From positions 157,972-221,971 of the forward strand of contig JBBRMM010000004.1 of the NCBI GenBank assembly GCA_038230835.1: DNA of 64,000 nt, read 5' to 3'. The translations under genes were made by a program, and so were the position numbers. The notes beneath the pieces are model-generated. The model did no database searches, had not been told where the DNA came from, and saw only the letters and a list, made by a program, of their open reading frames with translations. This document shows, in pieces, positions 27,778 to 37,375 of this stretch (position 1 is the stretch's first letter; the number at the start of each line of letters is the position of its first letter). The stretch comes from Gaiellales bacterium (GTDB lineage: Bacteria > Actinomycetota > Thermoleophilia > Gaiellales > JAICJC01).

Positions 27778-28638
27778 TCACGCGCCCGGCGTCGGGCGGA
27801 GGTAGACAAACCAGTACACGGCGCCGACCATCACCGCTCCGCCGATCACGTTGCCGATCGTCACGGGGAGGAGGTTGCCGGCGAGGAAACGTCCCCAGGT
27901 CAGGTGTGAGAGGTCGGGCAGCCCCTGCTGCGTCGCAACGAACCCGGAGTCGCTCTTGACCAGCAGGCCCATGGGGATGAAGAACATGTTCGCGACGCTG
28001 TGCTCGAAGCCGGCGGCCACGAAGGCGGCGATCGGTGGGACGATCGAAAGAATCTTGTCGGTCGTCGTGCGGGCGCTGTAACACAGCCACACAGCGAGGC
28101 AGACGAGGGCGTTGCAGAGCGCCCCGAGCGCGATCGCCTGAACGAAGCCCAGGTTCGTCTTGGCCGCCGCGATCGTGAGCGCCTGGACGCCCACAGCTCC
28201 TCCACCGAACTCGTACTGCTTGCCGGCAAACAGCACGCCGGCTGTGGCGAGCGCGCCGACGAAGTTGCCGCAGTAGACGATCGCCCAGTTACGAAGCAGG
28301 CGCTGGGTCGAGACTCGACGCCCGGCCCAGGCCATGACGATCAGGTTGTTGCCGGTGAACAGTTCCGCGCCCGCAACCACCACGAGGATCATGCCCAGCG
28401 AAAAGGCCAGCCCGGCCAGCAGCCGCGAGACGCCGTAGGGAAGGTTGGCTCCGCCTGCCGTGACGGTCGTTGCGAAGACCGCACCGAGCGCGATGAACGC
28501 TCCGGCGAGCACCCCCAGCGCGAAGGTGCTCGCCACCGGCAGCGCCGCCTTCGCCGTGCCGACCTCCTCAGCCCTGCGGGCCATCTCCGGAGGTGGGAGG
28601 GAGTCGAACCCTGTGGTGGCGAATGTGCGATCGGTCAT
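27778..28638 (-). CDS. formate/nitrite transporter (FNT) family channel
   Basis: 286 aa. FNT pattern (GAELFTGN...FEHSVANMF). Confidence 0.9.
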   Translation of the reverse strand: MTDRTFATTGFDSLPPPEMARRAEEVGTAKAALPVASTFALGVLAGAFIALGAVFATTVTAGGANLPYGVSRLLAGLAFSLGMILVVVAGAELFTGNNLIVMAWAGRRVSTQRLLRNWAIVYCGNFVGALATAGVLFAGKQYEFGGGAVGVQALTIAAAKTNLGFVQAIALGALCNALVCLAVWLCYSARTTTDKILSIVPPIAAFVAAGFEHSVANMFFIPMGLLVKSDSGFVATQQGLPDLSHLTWGRFLAGNLLPVTIGNVIGGAVMVGAVYWFVYLRPTPGA

Positions 28639-28661
28639 GGCTGCGCCTCGACCACCGGCGG

Positions 28662-29018
28662 TTATGCGCGGGTCAGGTTGTCGGCCACGACGTGGGTGAT
28701 GGTTGGCAGAATCCGCGCTGCCTCAACGGTCTGGGGCGACGCCGGCAGCTTTGCGATCCCGCTCACACCACGCAGCAGGACGCCCAGCGACCAGCCGAAC
28801 CCGCCCGGTCGACGACCGCTCTGGGTGAACGGTTCGGCCAGCGTGATCGTGTGGCATCCGGTCGCGATCTCGGTGTCGACGTCTGCGGCGAGCAGGGCGT
28901 CCGCCAGGATCCCCGCAGCCCGCCCGGCGCTTATCCTGGGGTCGTCGTGATCGCGGAGCAGTCCGACCCCGGACACGACGTCGTCCCACTCCGCCTCGGC
29001 ACAGACAAACGTCTTCAT
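28662..29018 (-). CDS. hypothetical protein (118 aa)
   Basis: Intact ORF 23 nt upstream of the FNT gene on the same strand. No family recognised. Confidence 0.45.
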   Translation of the reverse strand: MKTFVCAEAEWDDVVSGVGLLRDHDDPRISAGRAAGILADALLAADVDTEIATGCHTITLAEPFTQSGRRPGGFGWSLGVLLRGVSGIAKLPASPQTVEAARILPTITHVVADNLTRA

Positions 29019-29169
29019 TGCAGCGACCTCCAGGGCACGACGACGCGGCGCGCCGCCTTGAGGAGGATCAGCGAGCGACCTGGAACGTCCGTTTCAACCC
29101 AGCGCCGCCACGAGGCAGGCGGATCCCTCAACCCACGGTAGCACGGCGTATGCGAGTAGACTGACCTCG

Positions 29170-29361
29170 ATGCGCGAATACACCGAGAACCGAAAGTGCG
29201 GCAACCCCGAGTGCCGGCTCTACGGACGGGCCACGGTGCACAGCGTCCGGCGGGTCGAGGGTCAGGTCGGATTCGCCCGCATGTGCGTGGTCTGCGGCAA
29301 GGACCGCATCGTCGATCCGCCGCCCGCGGCGCTCGCCGTCGCCGCGCCCGACGCCGCCTAG
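29170..29361 (+). CDS. small zinc-ribbon-like protein (63 aa)
   Basis: CGNPEC...CVVCG provides two CxxC pairs. Coding status is uncertain. Confidence 0.4.
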   Translation: MREYTENRKCGNPECRLYGRATVHSVRRVEGQVGFARMCVVCGKDRIVDPPPAALAVAAPDAA

Positions 29362-29378
29362 AATTCGTCCGCCTCGTC

Positions 29379-30443
29379 CTACGGACGAACGGTGACCGGG
29401 ACGCGCTGCACAGCGTTGTTGGAGTAGCCGCCGATGTTCCATGAGGGAGTGAGTGGCTGGCGGTTACCGGCGACATCGACGGCGGAGCAGCACAACTCGT
29501 ACCGCCCGGGCCGGTCCGGCTGCCAGGTGTACGACCACCCCCGCCAGGCATGCTCTCCGATCGGCTCTGCGAGGCCGGCCGGGCGCCATGACTCGCCGCC
29601 GTCGCTGGAGACGTCGACCGATGCGATCGCGCCCCACCCCGACCACGCGCGGCCGTCGATGCGCACCGGGCCGCAGTCGACGAACCGTTCACGGGTCATG
29701 AAGTCGGGGATCCCGGGCGGCACCATCAGCGCACGGGGCAGCATACGGGTGACCGGGACGCCCGATTCGTCCTCGGATTGGCGGATCCGGTAGGCGGTCG
29801 CCTGCTGGTGGCCCTCGAAGGGCTGGGACACCACCCGCATGCCGCGCAGCCATTTGACGCTGGTCATCCCGTACCAGCCCGGAACGACCAGCCGCAGCGG
29901 ATACCCGTGCTGGGGCAACAGCGGCACGCCGTTGGCCGCATAGGCAAGCATGACGCCGTCGGATCGGGCATCCTCGAGTGACAGGCTGCGAGCGTAGAGC
30001 TGCTCGACTCCGCCGTCGATGCCCGCGTCGAGGCCCTCGAACACCACCTCGACGGCACCGGTGTCCACCCCGGCATCGTCCAGCAGCTCGGCCACGGTGG
30101 TACCGGTCCACTCGATGGTGCCGACAGCTTCGAGCAACCACGGCTGGCTGATCACGTGAGGCTGCACCAGGGCGCGCCCGTTGCCCGCACACTCCATGGT
30201 CACCGGCCGAGTGACGACCGGCCGGGCCTGGATGTCCGCGAGGGTGAGCGACATCGGGCGCCGTACGGATCCCTCGATCTCCAGTCGCCAGCCGGCCGGG
30301 TCGACGACCGGGATGTCGAAGTGCGTCAGCACGTAGTGCAGGCCAAGCGGCGTCACCGGGTGGGCCAGCGCCTCCAGCGGCAGGCCGTGGTTTCGGGTGG
30401 CCAGCTGCAGTTCCTCGAGGCTCAGCGACGGTCCTGACTCCAT
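29379..30443 (-). CDS. sulfite-oxidase-family molybdopterin oxidoreductase (Mo-binding + dimerisation domains)
   Basis: 354 aa. MECAGNGR, GYPLRLVVPGWYG.TSVKWL and C-terminal Ig-like domain motifs. No Tat or Sec signal seen. Confidence 0.85.
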   Translation of the reverse strand: MESGPSLSLEELQLATRNHGLPLEALAHPVTPLGLHYVLTHFDIPVVDPAGWRLEIEGSVRRPMSLTLADIQARPVVTRPVTMECAGNGRALVQPHVISQPWLLEAVGTIEWTGTTVAELLDDAGVDTGAVEVVFEGLDAGIDGGVEQLYARSLSLEDARSDGVMLAYAANGVPLLPQHGYPLRLVVPGWYGMTSVKWLRGMRVVSQPFEGHQQATAYRIRQSEDESGVPVTRMLPRALMVPPGIPDFMTRERFVDCGPVRIDGRAWSGWGAIASVDVSSDGGESWRPAGLAEPIGEHAWRGWSYTWQPDRPGRYELCCSAVDVAGNRQPLTPSWNIGGYSNNAVQRVPVTVRP

Positions 30444-30528
30444 GGCCGAAGCCTAGACGCGACTCGCGCACGACACCGAGCGCTTCACTGCCCACGTTGA
30501 GCTGGACAACCATTACCATCAACCGAGG

Positions 30529-30930
30529 ATGCCGAATCACGATGCCGCCTGCAGCTGTGGGCAACTTCGTCTGACAGCGGAGGGAGATCCGATCCGGACC
30601 TCCATGTGTCACTGCCTCGCCTGCCAGCGCCGGACCGGAAGCGCGTTCGGGATCCAGGCACGGTTCAGGTCAGATCAGGTGCGCGTCGTCGGTCGGTACA
30701 GCGACTACACGCGAACCTCGGACGAGGAAGACCGAATCGTCCACGTCTTCCACTTCTGCCCCGACTGCGGCGCCACGGTCTTCTTCACTGAGTCGACGGC
30801 GCCAGATGTGATCAAGGTTCCGGTCGGCGCATTCGCCGACCCGTTCTTCCCGGCGCCCACGATGTCGATCTACGAGTCACGCCGGCACCCGTGGCTAGCC
30901 ATGTCGCCGGCGATGGAACACCACGACTGA
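30529..30930 (+). CDS. GFA (glutathione-dependent formaldehyde-activating / CENP-V) family protein
   Basis: CSCGQ...CHCLACQRRTGSAF...FCPDCG Zn-binding cysteine pattern. Confidence 0.8.
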   Translation: MPNHDAACSCGQLRLTAEGDPIRTSMCHCLACQRRTGSAFGIQARFRSDQVRVVGRYSDYTRTSDEEDRIVHVFHFCPDCGATVFFTESTAPDVIKVPVGAFADPFFPAPTMSIYESRRHPWLAMSPAMEHHD

Positions 30931-31040
30931 CCCGACGATCGACCGGCATGTTGCCCCTTTCGCATCACGCTCGGGTTCAGCATTCGCGAGTCCCCTGCCG
31001 CGAGATGCGACATACGCTCAGGGAAACCCGAGTCGAGCGC

Positions 31041-31766
31041 TCATCCGGTTCGTTCCCAGACGGACACGTGCTTGCGGCTTGCGCTCGTGAACGGTGAGCG
31101 GTTCCAATTCTCCCAGCGCTCGCGCAGCCGCATCCCGGCGAGGCGAGCCATCAGATCGAGCTCCGCCGGCCACACGTAGCGAAACGGGATCGACGATCTG
31201 CGCCAAGCGCCGTTCTCCGCGAAGAGGTGGTGCGAGACGAGTCCCTGGTTGGCGATGTCGTACTCGTCGAAGCCAACGTGATCCACGCTCACGTCGAATG
31301 GGTAGAACGTCTCGCCGGGAGAGAGCCGCTGCAGATCGGGTACGCCCACCTCGATCACGAAACAGCCGCCCGCCTCGAGGTGGTCGGCGGCGTTCTGAAA
31401 GCACGCGACCTGGTCGTCCTGCGTCGTCAGGTTGCCGATCGTGTTGAACACCAGGTAAACGAGGGAGAACGTCCCCTCAACCCGTGTTGTCGCGAAGTCG
31501 CCAATCGTCGCACCGACCCGCTCCGCGCCCGGCTTCTCACGCAACCGGGCGACCATCGCCTCCGACAGATCGATGCCATGCACACGAACGCCTCGCTCGG
31601 CGAGCGGAAGCGCGACCCGACCCGTCCCGATGCCGAACTCGAGCGCCGAGCCGTCGCCAGCGAGCGCCGAGAGGAAGTCGACCGTTGGCGAGAGAACCTC
31701 CGGGCTGAACATCACCCCGCCGTCGTAGTGCGCCGCGACCTCCTCACCGAAGTAGTCCTCCTTCAT
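31041..31766 (-). CDS. class I SAM-dependent methyltransferase
   Basis: Motif I ALEFGIGTGRVALPLAERG and motif II/III spacing. 241 aa. Confidence 0.85.
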   Translation of the reverse strand: MKEDYFGEEVAAHYDGGVMFSPEVLSPTVDFLSALAGDGSALEFGIGTGRVALPLAERGVRVHGIDLSEAMVARLREKPGAERVGATIGDFATTRVEGTFSLVYLVFNTIGNLTTQDDQVACFQNAADHLEAGGCFVIEVGVPDLQRLSPGETFYPFDVSVDHVGFDEYDIANQGLVSHHLFAENGAWRRSSIPFRYVWPAELDLMARLAGMRLRERWENWNRSPFTSASRKHVSVWERTG

Positions 31767-32365
31767 CGAAAGCGAGCGTACACGCCCCCCGCCCGACCCA
31801 CGCCTTCGTGCGCGGTGAATCGAGAGGGTCGATCGATCGCCGAAGCCTCCGCCTACCCCGTGGCGTGTGGGGGTTTCGATGGGCAGCGGACGATGATCAG
31901 ATCCGGTTCGCGCGCCGTCGGCGTCTTCCGGGCTCGATCTTGATCAAGATCGCAACGCCAAGCACCAGGCCAGCCACCATTCCCCACGCGGCCGCAGCCG
32001 CGGCGCCACCGATCGCTACCACGCGAAGTATCGCGGCGGAGACCAACGAGCCCATCGTCGGCGGAACCCACGGTGACGCCGGTGCCAGGCGTGTATGGCC
32101 AGCCTCCGCTCGGTTCCGATCCTGTCATCCACCACGGTTCCGGCCAACACAAGGCTCAACACCGTCAGTGCGAATGCGGTGCCTCCGATCATCAGCACTC
32201 CGAGGACGCCACCCTCAACGTAGTTCGGTGAGAGTTTGGACGACGAGCGCTGACCTGGGTGTCCGCAGAGGAGCGACCGATCCTGAGATGTTCCTCGCGG
32301 CTGGTTTCGCGACCGATAACTGCCCCAAAACGAGGACGACCCGCACAATGTACGGGTCGCCACTA

Positions 32366-32439
<74 letters not shown>

Positions 32440-32488
32440 TCGTGGACGAAGATCCTAGCACACCCGGCCCGGTTGGTAGGATGCCGCC

Positions 32489-32803
32489 GTGCTGCTCTGG
32501 GTGGTCATCGCGTGGCTGGTCGTGGTCGGAGGAACGACCGCGTGGGTCGGCGCCCGTGGCTACACCACGTACCGCCGCGCCCGCGTTGCCTCGGGCGAAC
32601 TGCAGGTGCAGGTGGGGCGGCTCGAGGCCGGCGGATTGGCGACGCTGGCCGCCAGCACCGCCCGCCTGCAGGAGCAGATGGTCGTGCTGGAAGGGACGAT
32701 GCAGCAGCTCAGTCGCGCGCTCGCCGGGCTACGTGTGCTGCTAGCCGCGTGGTCAGGTGCCACCGGCCCGGCGCGCTGGTTGATCCGCCTCGCCCGTCGG
32801 TGA
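32489..32803 (+). CDS. small membrane protein with a coiled-coil tail (104 aa)
   Basis: An N-terminal TM (LLWVVIAWLVVVGG) followed by heptad-like LQ-rich sequence. Its TGA overlaps the ppx GTG. Confidence 0.5.
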   Translation: MLLWVVIAWLVVVGGTTAWVGARGYTTYRRARVASGELQVQVGRLEAGGLATLAASTARLQEQMVVLEGTMQQLSRALAGLRVLLAAWSGATGPARWLIRLARR

Positions 32804-33711
32804 CGCAGCGCGTCGCCGCGATCGATCTCGGTACCAACTCCACGCGCCTGCTGGTCGCCGACGTGAGCGGCGGCGCCCTCGGCGAGGTTGAACGGCTGCT
32901 TCGGATCACGCGCCTGGGCGACCGCGTCGACGCCGAGCGCCGGCTGACCGACGAGGGCATGCAGCGCGTGCACGATGTCCTCGACCTGTACACGTCGCGG
33001 GCGGGCCACCTCGGCGCCGAGCGCGTTCTCGCCGTGGCCACCAGCGCCGTTCGTGACGCCACCAACGGCGACCGCTTCCTGGACGACGTGCGCAGGCGCC
33101 ACGGCATCGAGTGCCGGCTGCTCTCCGGCGACGAGGAAGCGGCGCTGACGTACCGCGGCGTCACCTCCGCCCGCCCGGCCGACCCGGGCACCCTGATCTG
33201 CGACATCGGCGGAGGCAGCACCGAGCTCGTGCTCGGCGACGCGGCCGGCGTATCGGCGCAGGTCAGCCTCGAGCTCGGCTGCGTGCGCATGTCCGAGCGC
33301 TTCGTCACCGCCGACCCACCGACGCCCGAGCAGGTGACCGACCTGCGGGCCGCCGCGGCCGCACTGCTGCCGCCCGGGATCACGGGTCGTGCGCGGTCCC
33401 TGATCGGCGTGGCCGGCACCGTGACCACGCTGGCGACAATCGACCTCGGCCTGGAGCGAGAGGTTCCCGAGCGCATCGACGCACACCGTCTGACCGCAGA
33501 TACCGTCGAACGCCTGCTGGCCCGCCTGGCCGCGATCACACTCGACGAGCGGCGCGGCATCCGCGGCCTGATGCCGGAGCGCGCACCCACCATCGTCGCC
33601 GGCGCAGCGATCCTGGCCGAGGTGCTGCGGGCCTGTGGGCTCTCGGAGCTCTCGGTGTCCGAGCGCGACATCCTTCATGGAGCAGCGCTCGCGGCGGCCC
33701 GCCAACCGTGA
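32800..33711 (+). CDS. ppx: exopolyphosphatase / guanosine pentaphosphate phosphohydrolase (Ppx/GppA family)
   Basis: VAAIDLGTNSTRLLVAD and DIGGGSTE ASKHA phosphate motifs. GTG 32800 is in frame with track ORF 32473..33711. Confidence 0.85.
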   Translation: MTQRVAAIDLGTNSTRLLVADVSGGALGEVERLLRITRLGDRVDAERRLTDEGMQRVHDVLDLYTSRAGHLGAERVLAVATSAVRDATNGDRFLDDVRRRHGIECRLLSGDEEAALTYRGVTSARPADPGTLICDIGGGSTELVLGDAAGVSAQVSLELGCVRMSERFVTADPPTPEQVTDLRAAAAALLPPGITGRARSLIGVAGTVTTLATIDLGLEREVPERIDAHRLTADTVERLLARLAAITLDERRGIRGLMPERAPTIVAGAAILAEVLRACGLSELSVSERDILHGAALAAARQP

Positions 33712-33787
33712 CCCCGGCCCCAGGCCCGCCCGGTCGCCGCCAACCGGGGGACGGGTGATACTACCTCTGCCGCGCGAGCGGCACCCG

Positions 33788-33873
33788 GCCCGGGTGGCGG
33801 AGTTGGTAGACGCGGTCGACTTAAAATCGACTTCCCCGCAAGGGGAGCGCGAGTTCGAGTCTCGCCCCGGGCA
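33788..33873 (+). tRNA. tRNA-Leu (anticodon TAA)
   Basis: GCCCGGGTGGCGGAGTTGGTAGACGCGGTCGACTTAAAATCGAC...long variable arm...GCGAGTTCGAGTCTCGCCCCGGGCA. Class II tRNA cloverleaf. Confidence 0.9.
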
Positions 33874-33921
33874 CTGCCTGGATCCCACTCAGCGCGATCG
33901 AGTGGCTCGCCACCCGACGCG

Positions 33922-34728
33922 TCACGGCGTCGTGTACGACGTCCCGTTGAACACGACGTGGGCAACGAGGTTGGCGGTCAGCGAGACCGAGACGGCCTCG
34001 GAGGCGTTGGGATCGGCTCCGTTCGCCTTCGCGCATTGGATGATGAAATGCGTGTTCGCGGGCTCGGCTGGGAACGCATCGTCGAGGCTGAGTGTCTGAA
34101 CAACGCCGGTGGAGGCGCTGTCCGGCGGACCGCCGGTCTCGGAGTATCCATTCGCATAGTTCCCGTGACTGTCCTTCAACAGGCACTGGATGTCCTGGGC
34201 GCCGTTGTCCATGAACACGAGCACCTGAGCCGTGACCGTGTAGTTCCCCGCCGGAACCCCGGTTGTCTGACCGACCGTCGTCAGGTTGCTGCTGATGTTC
34301 ACCGGAAACGTGCCCGGGTTCGTCTCGTTGCTCTGCGAGAACACGTTCGCGTACGAGGGCCTCCCAAGCGCCGTCCAGTTCGGGTTCGGCGGGTTGCTGT
34401 TGGTGTTGGCCGCCTTCACGATGTACGTCCCGCCGCCCGATGTCACAGCATCGCCGACCGCGTACGACCGCGTCGCGCTCCAGCTTCCACGCCAGTTGAT
34501 TCCGCGCCCATTCCAGTTCAGCGCCGATTCCGAAGCGGTGCAACTCTGCCCCTTCGACGGATCGATGACCCGCAGCGCCCCGGTGGTGTTGTCGTAGCAA
34601 CTGTGGATCACGTTGGTGCCCGAATCCGGGATCACCGCGATCGCAACGCCGGCGGCCGCGAGCACGGCCGTGACCGTGCCGGCAATGCCAGCCAACCACA
34701 GCGACCGCCGCTTGCTCATCACAGCCAT
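33922..34728 (-). CDS. secreted/anchored hypothetical protein (268 aa)
   Basis: N-terminal signal/anchor KRRSLWLAGIAGTVTAVLAAAGVAIA. VIHSCYDNTTGALRVID and WRGSWSATRSYAVGDAV (carbohydrate-binding-like) motifs. Confidence 0.65.
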   Translation of the reverse strand: MAVMSKRRSLWLAGIAGTVTAVLAAAGVAIAVIPDSGTNVIHSCYDNTTGALRVIDPSKGQSCTASESALNWNGRGINWRGSWSATRSYAVGDAVTSGGGTYIVKAANTNSNPPNPNWTALGRPSYANVFSQSNETNPGTFPVNISSNLTTVGQTTGVPAGNYTVTAQVLVFMDNGAQDIQCLLKDSHGNYANGYSETGGPPDSASTGVVQTLSLDDAFPAEPANTHFIIQCAKANGADPNASEAVSVSLTANLVAHVVFNGTSYTTP

Positions 34729-35068
34729 GGCCCGCTCCCCCCTTTGTCGTGATGCCCCTGCCGGCGAGTCTACGCCAAAGCCGCCGCCCGGACAACTGAC
34801 ACGGCCGGCCGCGGCAGCAAGCTCAGCCCGCGGCGCGGCTGAGCACCGTCGCGTCCGACCGTGTCCCGCCCAGCCAGCCGCCGAACGTCGGCCCGGCCGT
34901 CAACACCCGGCCGTTCGACGCCACCCCCACCGAATCGAGCCCGCGGTCGAACGGGACGGGTTCGACGCTCCAACTGCCGCCGACGTCGGAGATCGGATAG
35001 GGCGCTGGGCCGGAGGCGTACTGCTCGCCGGCGACGATCACCTCCCCCGCCGGTCCGACCGCGATCGC

Positions 35069-35995
35069 CTAGCCGGTCGAGCCGGCCGGTGCCGGGATCG
35101 CCACCCACGTCATGCCGGACGGACCGCCGGTCCACACCTGAGCCGTGGTCTGCAAGACGGTCGAGAACCCCGTCGCCCACACCGTCCCCGCGCTGTCCGC
35201 GGTCAGCGCGGTGACCTCTATGCCGTCCGGCAGCCGCATGACGCTGTGCCAGTGGCGGCCGTCGAACCGCTCCGCGAGGCCGGCGAAGCTGAACCGCGGC
35301 GTCTGGCAATCCAGCGCCAGGTAGAGACCGTCTCCGGTTGCCACCGCCGAGGCGACGACGGCCGGCGCGTTGGTCTGACAGTGGCCGTTCATGACGGGCG
35401 GGATCGACTGCGTCCACACGAAGCCGTTGAAGTGCCACAGCACGGGGGTGCTCACACCCTGGGCCACCGTCCCGCCGACCCACACGTCGGCTGGCGAGCG
35501 GGCGACCACCACCGAGAACTGTCCCGTCGCACCCGGCGCCAGCCACGGCTGGGAGACGACCGTCCAGCTCGAGCCGTTACCGTGCGCAACCAGCGGCTGT
35601 GAATCGCCGTTGGACTCGATCGTCGTGTGCCCCACCGCCCACACGTCGCCGGCTCCACTCGCGGCGACCGCCTGCAGGTACCCCCAACGGCCTGTCAGAT
35701 CGACCGGAATCGCCATCGGCGTCCACACGGAGCCGGTCCGGCGCCACGCCGTCGGCGCGTCGTAGCCATCCGGCGTCGAACGGCCGCCGACCGCCCACAC
35801 CGGCCCCCCGGGCGACGCCGTCAGCGCCTCGAACGAGGTGACGTCACCGCCCGGATGGAGCGCCACCCGCCAGGCGGAGGCGAGTGCGGTCGCCGTGCAG
35901 CCCAGCAGCACGCAGGCTGCAACGGCCGGCACGGCGACGATGTGACGTCCCCCCATCCCGGCCGAAGCTACCACACCGCATCGCCCGCGACTCAT
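35069..35995 (-). CDS. putative lipoprotein with repeated (D/T)VWAVG blades (beta-propeller-like), terminated by an in-frame TAG
   Basis: Lipobox VLLGC after a hydrophobic segment. The motif recurs as PVWAVGG, DVWAVGH, DVWVGG and TVWATGF. The same frame stays open for 81 more codons after TAG 35069-35071, down to 34823. The start is M at 35995 or 35956. Confidence 0.6.
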   Translation of the reverse strand: MSRGRCGVVASAGMGGRHIVAVPAVAACVLLGCTATALASAWRVALHPGGDVTSFEALTASPGGPVWAVGGRSTPDGYDAPTAWRRTGSVWTPMAIPVDLTGRWGYLQAVAASGAGDVWAVGHTTIESNGDSQPLVAHGNGSSWTVVSQPWLAPGATGQFSVVVARSPADVWVGGTVAQGVSTPVLWHFNGFVWTQSIPPVMNGHCQTNAPAVVASAVATGDGLYLALDCQTPRFSFAGLAERFDGRHWHSVMRLPDGIEVTALTADSAGTVWATGFSTVLQTTAQVWTGGPSGMTWVAIPAPAGSTG

Positions 35996-36084
35996 CGAGC
36001 CGCAGCGAGCGCCGCGGGCAGGGACTCGCCCCTTCCCGGGGGCCGGGCCCACGAGCCACCCGCCCGCGACCTGCCAAGTATCCG

Positions 36085-36108
36085 AGTTTGTGCACCTAAG
36101 TGCAAACT
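36085..36108. promoter_or_regulatory. imperfect palindrome AGTTTGtGCAC-CTAA-GTGCAAACT in an AT-rich patch upstream of the lipoprotein gene
   Basis: Read directly from the sequence. It lies about 90-150 nt upstream of the candidate starts 35995/35956. Confidence 0.35.
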
Positions 36109-36264
36109 TTTTGTAACGTCGAACATTTCCGGCGAGCGACCCGTAAGCTCGAACTGGAGCCACCGGCTCGAGGGTGATCCCCCTTCCGTCCCCGCGAGCC
36201 GAACGCTCCGAGAGTCCCCTCGGGCGGCCGTTCCAGACAGGTCGCCCGAGGGATACTCGGGTGC

Positions 36265-37338
36265 TCAGATCGCCTGCGAGTGGCTGGCCTCGGTGTTGCC
36301 GTTGACGTCCACCGCGCGCCAGGTGATGGTGGCGCCGGTGGCCACGGTCAGCGGTCCGGTGTAGCGGTGGTAGCCGCCCTTGCCCAGCCGGTACTCGATG
36401 CCCGACACCTTCACGTTGTCGGTCGCCGAGAGGGCGACGGTCGCCCCGCCGGCGATCGGCGTGACGGTCGCCGACGACGCCGGGGCGGTCACGTCCGAGA
36501 AGTCGAACCCGCTGCTCCAGGCCACGCTGGCCAGCAGGGCCTGCCCCGTGATGGACGGGTGGAAGTAGTCCAGCGTGTTGGCATCCGAAGCCGCCAGGGG
36601 GTAGTTGAACACTGCATCCTTGTCGAAGCGGCAGTGGATGTAGCGGGCGCAGACCTTCTTCAGCTGCGTGTTGAAGTCGGTCTCCCGCTGGAGCACCGCA
36701 GCCCGGCGGGCGACATCAGCCGGAGCCGTCGAGGTGGGGTTGGCGAGCATCGACGGGCAGATGCCCGCGAAGCTCCACACGAACTGCGCCGAGGCGTTGG
36801 TGTGGAGGACTGACCAGAGCTGGTACACGCTGGGGATGCTGACGACGTAGATGCGGGCGTTGGGGAGACCGTGCGACAGCGTCTTCATCGCTCCGGCGAA
36901 CTGAGAGTGGAACGTGCTCACCGGCGTCATCGTCGCGTCGCTCGACGTGCACACGTCATTGGCACCCATCAGGATCGTCACCTCCTCGGCGTGCTGTGAG
37001 ACGGCGGTGGCCACCTGGCCGCTCAGATCGACCATGTTGGCGCCGGTGACGGAGTCGTTGAACGCGTTACCGCCGATCGCCGGATCGGCCGCCAGGATCC
37101 GTTCATAGAAGCTCTGCACGGTCGAGTCGGTACCGGTCGACCACGAGTACTGCGGCCGCTCACCCTTCGGAAGCGCCCCGTCGGCGTCGTAGGCCTGGGT
37201 GATCGAATCGCCGGTTGCCGCGATCGAGTTCGGGTAACCAACCACCGCCGGATCGGCGAATGCCGTCGCGGCCGTCGAAAACGACAGCACGGCGGCGGCG
37301 GCGACAGCGATGGCAGGCACTCGCATTCCGGTGTTCAT
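36265..37338 (-). CDS. secreted SGNH/GDSL hydrolase with a C-terminal Ig-like (chitobiase/hexosaminidase C-type) domain
   Basis: Signal peptide MNTGMRVPAIAVAAAAVLSFSTAATAFA. GDSITQ block I, GANDV block III and DYFHPS block V. Confidence 0.8.
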   Translation of the reverse strand: MNTGMRVPAIAVAAAAVLSFSTAATAFADPAVVGYPNSIAATGDSITQAYDADGALPKGERPQYSWSTGTDSTVQSFYERILAADPAIGGNAFNDSVTGANMVDLSGQVATAVSQHAEEVTILMGANDVCTSSDATMTPVSTFHSQFAGAMKTLSHGLPNARIYVVSIPSVYQLWSVLHTNASAQFVWSFAGICPSMLANPTSTAPADVARRAAVLQRETDFNTQLKKVCARYIHCRFDKDAVFNYPLAASDANTLDYFHPSITGQALLASVAWSSGFDFSDVTAPASSATVTPIAGGATVALSATDNVKVSGIEYRLGKGGYHRYTGPLTVATGATITWRAVDVNGNTEASHSQAI

Positions 37339-37375
37339 GGTCGCATCGGACAGCCGGAAAGTCAACGTGCGACCC

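Noticed and set aside
35069-35071. In-frame TAG as pyrrolysine or other programmed recoding
   Set aside because: There are no pyl genes and no other in-frame TAGs in good genes in the window. A nonsense mutation or sequencing error is far more likely.
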